DNA from: Nymphaea colorata
Taxonomy: Eukaryota
NCBI RefSeq assembly: GCF_008831285.2
Contig: NC_045138.2
Coordinates: 12,896,001 to 12,960,000 of the forward strand
Direction: 5' to 3'
Length of the DNA: 64,000 nt
In this document: piece after piece, positions 49,568 to 60,708 of the stretch
Layout of the letters: each line of letters begins with the position of its first letter
How positions within the stretch are numbered: position 1 is the first letter of the stretch
The notes under the pieces: model-generated
The model's database searches: none
What the model was told of the DNA's origin: nothing
The model's input: the letters and a program-made list of their open reading frames with translations, nothing else
Translations under genes and position numbers: made by a program

Positions 49568-49881
49568 CTAAGTCACATGGGTACCGTGTGATGTACCTAA
49601 ATATTCATGTTGATATGCCGTATAATGGCATGGATATGTGGGTATGGTTGGGTATAACTGTATTTTAAAGTTTTAAAATTTATATTTTCAAACTTGATTT
49701 TTGAATTAATTTTCATTCTCCATTCTATTCTCTTCCACTTATATTATATATTTCCCTCTCATTTATTTTAATTATATATATATAATTATTTATATATTTA
49801 CATGTATGTTACACCGAAACTTATATTTAGATCGTACCATAATCTGTAATTCTGTACCCATACACTTACCCATGTCTTACA
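49568..49881. mobile_element. Degenerate CTATGTCACA-family MITE just upstream of the hydrolase gene
   Basis: CTAAGTCACATGGGTA ... TACCCATGTCTTACAT. Confidence 0.5.
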
Positions 49882-50052
49882 TTTTTGACGGACGTCGAAT
49901 ACTGCAAGTTCTTCTCATTGGTCGGGGGCCGAGCCTAACAGCGCCCCTTTTTCGAACAGCGAAACAGGAAGCAGATAACCAAGATCCCACATAACTAGCT
50001 TCCAAAATCTCCAGTGTCTACACTTGCTGCTCCTTCTTGCTCTTTCGAATCC

Positions 50053-50401
50053 ATGATTCCAACGAAATCAGGCTCTGAGTTCCCAATAGTGGAAACCAGA
50101 GACGGGGTGAAGCTTCAGGCCAGAGTCTACAGGCCCAGGGAGGACATGGCCAACTTGGTCATCGTCCTGGTGCATCCGTATACCGTGTTGGGGGGAGTCC
50201 AGGGACTCATGAAGGGCATCGCCGGTGGGTTGGCAAATAGGGGCTACAAGGCGGTTACCTTTGACATGAGAGGAGCCGGCAGATCAACAGGGAGGGCCTC
50301 CCTCACCGGCTCATCCGAAGTCAATGATACCGTGGATGTCTGCAGATGGGTACTGCAGAATCTTGGTTCAGATAGGATCCTGCTTGTGGGTTCATCTGCA
50401 G
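50053..50401 (+). CDS. Alpha/beta-hydrolase family protein, exon 1 (remaining exons not found in window)
   Basis: MIPTKSG...DGVKLQARVYRP...VIVLVHPYTVLGG...AVTFDMRGAGRSTGRASLTG...ILLVGSSAG; the GxSxG nucleophile elbow is split by a G|GTAC donor; recalled as similar to Arabidopsis At5g19630-type proteins, not verified by search. Confidence 0.9.
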
Positions 50402-52750
50402 GTACACTTTCTAACATTTCTTTGCCTTTGCATTTGTTTTTCTCATCGTAGTTGGCATATGAATGCGAACTTCCTGCTTCATTCTCTTTTGGTCCTCATA
50501 ATTTTTTATCTTAGATTGACTGGGAGCAGTGATACTGTATATAACATTTTAGATGTTTTCCTCTTTTTTTTTCCAGTTTTCATTGCAAAATCTATGAATT
50601 CGATTGGGTTAATTGGACGATTTTTTATTTTACTGTGTTCCTTGACGAGCTTGAAGATGAGGATATGGGTGTCTTTACAACCTGCTGTACAAATTCCCAG
50701 CACCTTCATAGGCAGTTGATAAGAAAAAAATATAGATAGTTGATTCTAAATCATATGAAATCTGTGAGGAAAATCATGTCGCGGAACACAGAGAGAAACA
50801 TGTAGTTTGCTTTTAAACGTGGATAATAGGATTTCGGAAGAAACTATCACAGTTTGCAGATAAGTTGTCTATAGACCATGCAAAACACAAACATGTGAAA
50901 ATACCAGCTCGAAGAAGGTTTCATACCAGGGAAGGATGAGGCAATTGAAGCAAATGTGTGTAACTAAAGCTAGACCTCTTGATATATACATACTTTTTGG
51001 TGATCCTCTCTCATACTTCTCATGTCGAAGAAAACATGCCTAATTGCAAATGCAGAGAAATGACCTTGAATAAAAGTCACGAAGCCTGAAAGATTATTGT
51101 CCAAGATTGTGGAGAGCAAATTGATAGCCACTAGAAAAGATTGAAGGAGTTCCGAATATGAAGGGAATTGATGTATTAGCCAAAATTAGCAACTAATTGG
51201 CCAACCAGTCATGACTAGGCAACTAGTCAACTGGCAAACCAGCTGACCAGTCCATGATCAGCGACTCTGCTGGGGCATGCTGAGGGATCAGTTGACCAAT
51301 TTGGTGGACTTTTTGTTCTAGGTACATCTATTAGTCTATTATTGTTCTTTCTGTTAGTACCTAATATTTATTTCACATTCTCACTGAATTTTATGTCTTA
51401 CTTGGACCCTAATGTTGACTAATCTCGATTGATTTTTTTTTTTTGGGACTTGACTCACTGTGCCTGAGTTCCAATTTTGAAAATTTAAAAATACACAATT
51501 AATGCCAATGCTGGGATCAGCCATAACTTCCATTAGACACACGGCCTCAAGTGCCAGCTGGCCCTTTAATTAACTAGCTGATTTTTCATGCTTAAGGCAG
51601 GTTAATGAATGCTATTTAAAGATAGTCGTGAAAGAAACTCATTTCTTTCTCCTTTCTAATTGTGTGACATTCTGCAATCATGGTAAAGGGTAGTATTTCT
51701 CATTGATTATCATGCCAATTAAATCACAAAAAAAAAAAATTAAGGCTGGAACTTGATGAATGAGTAGGCAAGGTTAAATTGTCGCAATCGAGTATCCCCA
51801 ATTATTGGGAGTATTTGTTTAGATTTAACTGTCGTCATTCACCCATGAATGACTGCAATGCCAGAGACTACACACAAGTTGTCTGCTGTGAGTTGTCCTA
51901 TCCTCTTTCTCTAGGAGACAGTGACACATTTGTTTGTGCATTCACTTGTGGCAGATTATAACTTCTGAAACTGTTCAGTAGTTAAAGTTGCAGATTTTCT
52001 TGAACGAATTTAGTTCAACTTCAGCCATTCGTATCAAGAAAAAGTGACCCCAATATCAAAGGTTAGAAATTCCTATAACATGTTCTATTCTTTTCCATAG
52101 GCCACATATATTTGTAGTAGTTAATCATGATCATGTTTTAACTTTTAGATTGGCTCGTAAACATTCCTGTGCTTTATCTTGTTGTGAGTGACATTAAAAC
52201 ACTCGATTGCATATCACTCAAGTAACGACATGGAAGTGTGTTTACTAGAACAGTGTGCAAAACTAGACTCTCAAATTAGCTGACTGGTGCTCCTGCATAA
52301 TGTCCGTAGCAAAGGCAATTCCTAAGGATTGACATTGATGCCAGTTAGACTTTAGATTGCCGCATTACCTCGTGTGTGTTTCTGGGGTCCATCATACTTA
52401 TTTATGCAGAGTGATGCAGTACATTCAGAACGCACAACAGGTTCCTTAGAATTGCCTTTGAGGAAAAAAAGGTTTTGAGAATCATCAGCCTTGTCACATA
52501 TTAATTTAACTGATCACATTTTTGCAACTGAAGTTGGTTCCTCTTTCATCATACATCAAAAAGGTTAAGAAGCTTATTCCATCAGTTACCACTATGACTG
52601 TATATGCTTACCCCAAAAGCAGGTTAGCATAATCATCCTTTTAAGTTAAAAATATAAATGTTTGTGAAATTATATAGGATGTTATGTCCTCTGCATTTGC
52701 TTGATTCTTGAGATGCTCTTTGGCATAGTTAATATGTGAACTGGTTGAAC

Positions 52751-53509
52751 CAGTGTCACAAAAAATGCATTTTTTTTTTCGAAAAAAAAATGCGATAAAT
52801 TAAATTACAGTTTAAAACTTAAAAAAACGTTAAAAACGAAAAAAGGCGTTTTTTTAATTCGTCTTTTTTGCTTTTTTTCACTTTTTTCAATTTTTTCATT
52901 GTTTTCATTTTTTTTTAATGCCAAACAATTTTTTTTTCATTTTCTATTTTTTATTTGTTGCAACTTGCAAGTCTACTTATCTTTTGATGTTTGTGTTATT
53001 AGTTTTTCACTTATTTTATTTTCCTCCCATTTTTAGTTTTCTTAATTTTTTAAAAATTTACCGTATTTTTCCCTTTTTTTCTCGTTTTTTTCAAGCTCGC
53101 AGTATTATACCCGAGAAAAACCTCGCTGTCTATGTCACACGGGTGCGGGTGTGATACGGGTACGGTACGGGGATACGGGTGCGGACACGGCAATTTTCAA
53201 AATTTTTGGATACGTGGACACGGTACATTTTATATTTAAAAAAAATAAATAAAAAAAACATTAAAGTAATAGTTAAATCTTACAAAAAAGTTTGTTTTAT
53301 CACAGTATTTGAAAGGATTATTGATGGAAATAATTGGATGGATCACAAAAAATTGATAAAATAAAAAAAAACATTAAAATTTTAATTTTTATTTTCTGCC
53401 GTGTCCGCACCCGCGTGTCCGAGTGTCGACATTGACACCTGGGCTATTTTGCCGTGTCCGTGTGACATAGCTCGCCGTTTAAAACTCCGAAATGTTATTT
53501 GTGACTATG
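52751..53509. mobile_element. Non-autonomous hAT-like element (host)
   Basis: CAGTGTCACAAA ... TTTGTGACTATG; flanked by (G)GTTGAAC direct repeats. Confidence 0.75.
53130..53470. mobile_element. CTATGTCACA-family MITE nested in 52751-53509
   Basis: Perfect 13-bp TIR CTATGTCACACGG/CCGTGTGACATAG; TSD CTCGCTGT/CTCGCCGT (7/8). Confidence 0.88.
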
Positions 53510-53632
53510 GTTGAACATATTGCCCACTATTTCCTTGTAGAGCATTTACAAGCACTACATTGTGTTGGCAATTGGTGAAATGGATATTCATCAAAGTTTG
53601 TTGTGAAGGATAGGTATCCTATGACTGATGAT

Positions 53633-54573
53633 CTTTGTCACATGAGTACGGGTATGGGTGCAAGTGCAGATTTGGGTGCCGAGCAATTTCAAAAAACTTG
53701 AATATGGTGGCACAACCATTCAATGCATGGCGATATATGTCACATGGGTGCGGGTGCAGTGCAATTTTCACAAAAAAAAAGGAATATACCAATACAAAAA
53801 AATCTTGAGCATTTATTTAGATTTAGAGTAGTGCATCATGAAACAATAGGACATACATCTCCAGTCTCCACATATGTTCACTTCCAGAACATCTTCGATT
53901 TTATAGAATTGGTAAAAACCAGTCTGTAGGCTAGCAGTTGGTTTGTAACATTGAATAAGATCAGATACGCCTAGTTAACTCATTAGTCATTAGTAGTTGC
54001 CAATATGCACTTTATGAAACTAAAGCAACTGGGAACCTGCTGCAAATATAAATAAGATGGTTCAGGTTAGAGGTACGGCTGTGCAGGTGGAGTACATCCA
54101 AGTGAGATTTTTCAACTTTTTTATTGCACCAGACTAAACTTAAAGCTGAGGCTTGATATATTTAGCATAATGGAGCATGAGGGCATACTTTTTGCCAGAG
54201 GTTTGGCACATCAGTTGGTAGAGCCAGTTGCCAGCAGACATACAGAGAGAGGGTTGAGCGGCCAAGGGTCTCACTTGGCATTGGCTGGAGATCTCACACA
54301 ACAATCAGCAGTTGCCAAAGGCAGTTGAGCAGGAGTTGTTGACAAGGGAGAGAGGGTTGAGTAGGAGAGGTTGGTTGAACCCTTTCCTGTGTATATAATG
54401 ATTGTAAATCCAAGAAAAGGAAATCTATTGGGCTTGGTCAAAATTGACCGAGTAGAGAAAAGGATGGATTCATGCTTGGGTGCATTGACTGCTTTCAACA
54501 TGGTCAAAGCTGTGTCCAGATCCGCATGTCAACTCAGGTGTATCGGTCAAATTGAGGTGTCTGTGTGACATAG
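53633..54573. mobile_element. Degenerate CTATGTCACA-family element(s)
   Basis: Two left ends (53633 and ~53735) and one right end TGTGTGACATAG; no clear TSD. Confidence 0.45.
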
Positions 54574-55450
54574 AATTAATGGTATGATCACCGTGAACTG
54601 TCAAATAGACTATTAGTTTCCAGATATGGTCTAGAATAAAATGTATCATCCCATTTTACTGAGGATAGTAATAGGAAATTTCAATTAGTTTTCTGGTGTG
54701 ATTCCTTGTGCTATTGACGACAGAGCCTAAAAGGTTCCTTGGAATTTCAACCTTGGTCAAATAGATTATTCAGAATTTTGTCAACACACCCAATACTTTT
54801 CTTTGGATCTTGCTTTGGTTGCACACAGTGTATTATTTTTCTCTAGGAGCATGTGGTTGATTAAGAAAATTAAAATTTTATTAAATATTTTTATGTTAGT
54901 AAGAGGAAATTTGACTTGTATCACCATAATTCCTGCCATGGTATACCACACTCCCATGGTACCAACAGCATGGAACTTTCATGATCTTTATTTCTTTGCA
55001 CTTCTTATCCTGTAATTTCTCTGGCTGCAAAAGGTATCATGCATCAGAAAAAATAGATGAAGAGGTGTCCTTCTTTGCAGAAAAAGATGTATTAGTTTCC
55101 AATTTAATATCTAATGAAGTATCATGGATGTTGGTAAATCTGTAATAACAGATATTTGAGGCAAAAATTTTGTCTTTCTTGCACGAGAAAAGCTTTTATC
55201 ATTGCATGTAGTGTCGTTCAAAAACGTGGCCCTTAGAAGCACCATTTTATCCAAGTTAGCATGGCTGAACTCTGAATGCATTATAGCAACTCAGGTTGAC
55301 CTGTCCATCAGTCCTTTGTCCCTGGGCAGCCAATGTTAAATTGGGATCACCAATTTGTTGTTGTTCTTGGTGTCATTAATCATGTGGGAACTTGAGAGAA
55401 AGTGCATGATAGTCACAAATACTAGATTCTTAGTAGTGGGGCTTCTCTGA

Positions 55451-55855
55451 GGGCACGTTTGCTTCCCAGGAAATCTACTGTAGCTGCGGAAAAAAAATTC
55501 AAATTTTCAAAAAATATAACCGTCAAAGTCATTTTCGGAATTTTTTTTCCGAAAATTTCTTTCCACTCGGAGGGGTGGAAAAAATTCTGGAGACAAAAAA
55601 ATGACCGTTGGGCTTCTCGGTCTCTGATTCTTCACAACAGCGCCTCAGCTTCCTCTTCTCCCATCCGCAACAGCTCTTCTACAGCTGGAACGACAGTTCT
55701 CCGTGGCTTCCGACCATTTGAAGTAAAGGGAAGATGGTCATTATGAAGCTAGAGACGACAGCCTCAGCACCCTCTTCTTGGGTTTTCGGCGACCCATAGT
55801 CATGACAAAGGGTTTCAAATTTCAATGCCAAGGGTTAGAGGAAGAGAGAGAGCGA

Positions 55856-55899
<44 letters not shown>

Positions 55900-56273
55900 T
55901 AGTTCCTGCAATTGGAATGGTTTTCTTTGTGAAGCTATATTCTAATGGGACATGAAATTGACCTGATTCGTGCAAGTCATCCGAAATTCTATGATAAGTT
56001 AATCGATTTCAGTTCTGTTTGAAGCGAATGCATTCTTAGAACAGTGAAAATGTAGAGACACATTCACACACATAAGAAACTAAGAAACTAGTTTCCTGAA
56101 ACTTGTTTCCAATCCATCAAACTAAGAAACAAGTTTCAAGGAAATTTGTTTCTCAGTCATCATACACATAGCAAAATGAGAATGGGAAAGATCTTTCCCT
56201 TTCCTTTATTCCAGGAAACTTATTTCCAAAAACTTTTTTCCAATTCCAGGTTTCCAATCCATCAAACGGCCCC
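55451..56273. mobile_element. PIF/Harbinger Tourist-like element with internal (GA)n
   Basis: TGA|GGGCACGTTTG ... CAAACGGCCCC|TGA (TIR 9/11, 3-bp TSD). Confidence 0.75.
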
Positions 56274-56493
56274 TGAGGCATTATTCATGTTAAAGAGTGT
56301 TTCTGCAATATTAGGAAGTTGAATAGTAGTTCTTTAAATATTTTCTTATATTTAGTGGACTAATTTTGTAATTGTTATGTTGCCAACCCTAATCTCTTTT
56401 AATATGAGATTAGGGTCACGTGAATAAGCAAGAAAGTGTTTTCCTCTCTCTCTCTCTCTTTCTCTCGTCCCCTTCTTCCTCCAATATTCAACA

Positions 56494-56505
56494 TGGTATC
56501 AGAGC
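56494..56505 (+). promoter_or_regulatory. Primer binding site (initiator tRNA-Met) of Copia A
   Basis: TGGTATCAGAGC directly after ...CA. Confidence 0.9.
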
Positions 56506-57479
56506 AATAGACCTAGGGCTGTATGATCTAGGGTTTCACACCTAGGGTTCCCTTCTCCTCTCAACTCTCCTCTCTTCCGCCAAACTAGGGTTTCACACCT
56601 AGGGTTCTTGCTGTTTACAAATCAAGCAAGTTGATTGGTTGGTGGATAGGGGCTAATCACGTTTTTAACATGTGAAAACGTGATTAACACCCTTGTGTTG
56701 CTGCTGCTGTCGTGAAGTTGCTGAAAGCTGCTGCCGTTGAAGCTTATCACGTCGATGAAATGGTGAATCAGATCAGACCTTGCTGCAAAATCAAATCTAA
56801 CTCAAGTGCAGCCGTGGAAGATGTTCAGGCCAAAGAATGTCGGATATGCTAAGGCAGTCTGATTTGTTTAGCCATGTGGTGCTTGGTGGATTCTCACAGG
56901 CAAAGGTATGTCGTGTGGGCAGGTTCAGTCTTTTTCCTGCATCGTTGAAGTGAGACAGGTTTTCTATACTGTCAAACTTGTGCTTGTTTGCTACCTATTA
57001 TCAACATCTGAAAGTGCTGCCTGCTATCCACGTTTGAAAACAATCCGACAATTTGTTTTGTGTTTGTGTTCAACTTGATCCTTAAGTGGATCTCGTGGAG
57101 GTTATTGTTGCTGTAATCAAATTTTTATGTTGACCGTGTGGGGCAGAGTCAATCTACTGCTTGTGGATATAATTTGACGTGAGGAGTAGAATGATCTACA
57201 GATCGTGGATATGAAATCTATAAGTTGAGGTCTCATTAGTTGTGAACTGCTGCTAATCGTAAAGTTCCTGCTTGTGTTGCAACTATCGGCTGAAATTATT
57301 TTGTTGAGTTGCTGCTTGAGTTTGTGCCTATGTTGCTGCCTGTTTTAGTGAATTTCTGAGTTGATGATTGGAGCCATAAGTGTGTTCTAGATTCTTCTAT
57401 GCTGTCGTGCCTTGGTTGAAGTTAACTACTGCACCTTATACATACATATTGTGAGTACAATTCTGGTTGGAATTTAACT

Positions 57480-60215
57480 ATGGCTGATGATAATGTGTCT
57501 GAGGGTTCCAATGACTACAAGATGGCTGGAAATTCCTTCTCATATGCCAGCACGACTGTGATAGACTCTTCATTCTCTGTTGGTGCTCCTACCGATGACC
57601 CAGATATGATGTGGAAGATAGATTTTGGCGCCTCCAGGCACTGTTGTAATCAACCACATATTTTTTCATCATTAGTCAGGTTTTCTAACCACAACATGTC
57701 AGACTGGCTGATGGCAAGCTATCTCCTGTATTGGGCAGCGGTGATATTTATCTCCCACATTTAGGCACTATTACCCACGTGTTCTATGCTCTACAGTTTC
57801 CTGTTAATTTGTTATCTGTTAAGCAACTGACTATTGATTTAAAGTGTAGAGTCATTTTTGACCCTAGTACATGTTCTTTTCAGGACTTATTAACTGGGAA
57901 GATGATTGGTGGCGGCCATGAACGTGAGGGTGTCTATTTCTTGTCTGTCCCAGTAAATGTTGCTGCATCTTTATTCTCCTCAAAGCCTTCTCCTTTTCAG
58001 TGGCATCTTAGACTGGGTCGTCCTTCAGTGTCAAAACTTCGTCGCATGCTTCCAGGTATTACTATATCAGAGTCCTTCTTATGTGATGCTTGCCAATTAG
58101 GCAAACATACACGGAGTAGCTTTCCTTTGAGTCAAGAACCATCTAGTCAAAGTCCATTTGATCTCCTTCATGTGGATGTGTGGGGTCCTAATCGGGTTCC
58201 TTTTCACTCGCGTTTTCGGTATTATCTTGTTTTGGTTGATGATTTTACTCGAGTCAGTTGGGTATTCTTGTTACGGGAAAGATCCGAAGTCATATGTATT
58301 CTTCCTAAATTTGTCAAGGAAATAAAAACTCAGTTTGGTTTCATTGTCAAAAATTATTCGCACTGATAATGCTCTTGAATTCAAATCTTCCGTTCTACTT
58401 TAGTTTTATACCAATCATGGAATTCGGCCTCAATATACTTGTCCACACACATCCCAACAAAATGGTGTTGCCGAACGCAAACATCGACAACTCCTAAATT
58501 TGGCCCGTACCCTCATGCTGCATTCTCACATGCCTGCCTACTTTTGGGGGGATGCTATTCTTACTGCATGTTACCCTCATTAACAGATTACCCTCGTCAG
58601 CCATCCAAGAACGTATTCCCATTCAACTTTTATATCCAAATCGACGACTATTTCATATACCTCCCAAAGTATTTGGATGCACTTGCTTTGCACACATCGT
58701 AGGCTTAGACAAAAACAAACTTGTTGCTCAAGCCATCAAATGTGTATTTATTGGATACTCAGCCAATAAAAAAGGATATAAGTGCTTTGATCCCTAGACC
58801 AAGAAAGAGATTATCAGTACGGATGTTACATTCTTTGAGTCTCGTCCTTATTTTTCTTCTTCGAGTCCTCCTCTGTCTGAGATGCCTATACCTGTTCCTC
58901 TTCCCATTCCACCAGTGTCCCTTGAGTCCTTACCGCTATCTCAACCTATGTCACATGAACGTTTCTTTGATCCTCCATTGGTTTACACTCGTCGTCTTGG
59001 TCCCTCTTCCAACCGCCTACCAGTGTCTTCTCAAGAGGTAAACTCCACTGATCAGACTGATTCAGGTTTAAATGATGAACACTATGCAGATGATCTCCCT
59101 ATTGCTATTCGTAAGGGAAAGCGACAGTGCACACTACACCCGATTTCTAATTCTGTCTCTACTGACCATTTGAGTACAAGTTTGGTGTAGTTTGATCGAG
59201 CTCTGTCTAGTCACGTGATCCCTTCTTCTCACCATCAAGCCCTATTAGATTCATGGTGGCGGCATGCCATGTAGGAGGAAATGGATGCTCTTATCTCTCG
59301 AGAGACTTGGGAATTGGTGGATCCATCGAGGCACTGTGATGTGGTTGGCTCCAAATGGGTGTTCACCATCAAGTATCATTCTGATGGTTCAGTTGAACGG
59401 TTCAAGGCACGTCTTGTCGCTAAATGATATACACAGACTTATGGTGTCGACTTCTTTGAGACCTTTTTACCCGTGACTCGATTGGACTCTATTCGACTTA
59501 TTATATCTCTTGCTGTCCAGCGACAATGGCCTTTATTTCAGCTGGACGTGAAAAATGCTTTTCTATATGGAGATCTGTCTGAAATTGTCTATATGCAGCA
59601 ACCACCTGGTTTTGAGAGACAGGGGGAGTGTTCCAAGGTATGCAAATTAAAGAAGGCTATTTATGGGCTTAAACAGAGTCCTTGTGCATGGTTTCATAAG
59701 CTATCTGAGGTCTTGTCTAAATGTGGCTTTTGTCGGTCTCAACTTGATCACTCATTGTTTATCAAGTAAGGTACATCTGGTATAGTGATATTAATTGTTT
59801 ACGTTGATGATATTGTTCTCATTGGGGAAAGTGATCAAGAGATAGCTCAGACAAAGGAGTTTCTTCATAAACACTTTGTCACAAAAGACCTTGGACAACT
59901 CCGTTATTTTCTTGGTATTGAGGTGGCCCGTAGTAGTAAAGGAGTTGTGGTATCTCAGAGAAAATATGCTTTGGATCTTCTGCAAGAAATAGGTTTATTG
60001 GGGGCTAAACCTGCAACTCTCCCCATGAACTCTCACATTCATATACATGATGATGAATCAGAGCTTTTTGACTCTAAATTTTACAGATCTCTAATAGGAA
60101 AACTGCTATATTTGACTGTCACTCGCCTTGACATTAGCTTCGCTATGAATAAACTAAGTCAATTCATGGAGAAACCTAGGAAAGTTCATTGGGACGCTGC
60201 TCTAATGGTTGTCAG
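57480..60215 (+). pseudogene. Copia A pol (PR-IN-RT) with multiple frameshifts and stops
   Basis: Fragmented ORFs at 57480, 57731, 58552, 58882, 59473 and 59785 carry consecutive pol motifs; ends at HWDAALMVV. Confidence 0.9.
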
Positions 60216-60696
60216 TGTAAATCAGGCCTGAACTTGAGAATACAAATGCTTCAAGAGATACACTCTTGAAGATCCCAACAACTTCAATAGGTAATACACA
60301 ACCAAACTTCAAACTTGAGGAGAAGATACCAAATCTATTAATCTCAAGAGAAGAATACACAAGAGAGGCCTAAAAGCCTTAACCAAACAAGGGACAACAA
60401 TCCCATATATATAGTACAATGAAAGGGAGAGAAGAAGGAGGAGTTGGCTGTTGGGCCAGCTCCAACGGCTAGAAATCTAGCCGTTGGAAGCTGGTCCAAC
60501 AGCTAGTTCCCTTTTACAAAAAGGAAAAGGTAAAAATAGAAAAAGAAAAGAAATAAAAAGTACATAAAAAGGAAAAGGAAAATGAAGCAAATAAAATAAA
60601 ATACATAACACCTATGCATACATAGATATTCATATATACAAATCATATATGAAACATATGTATACTTACATAATGTCTAATTTTTAAATTCTAACA
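60216..60696 (-). repeat. 3' LTR of Copia B (481 bp)
   Basis: Begins TGTTAG immediately after the PPT and ends TTACA where the Copia A reading frame breaks. Confidence 0.85.
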
Positions 60697-60708
60697 CCCC
60701 CCTCAAAC

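Larger units (their letters stand above)
56288..60215 (+). mobile_element. Ty1/Copia element A, degenerate, interrupted at 60215
   Basis: 5' LTR about 56288-56493 (TGTT...AACA), PBS, then protease WKIDFGASRH, GAG-pre-integrase WHLRLG, integrase LLHVDVWGP, RT QLDVKNAFL and YVDD in Copia order. Confidence 0.92.
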
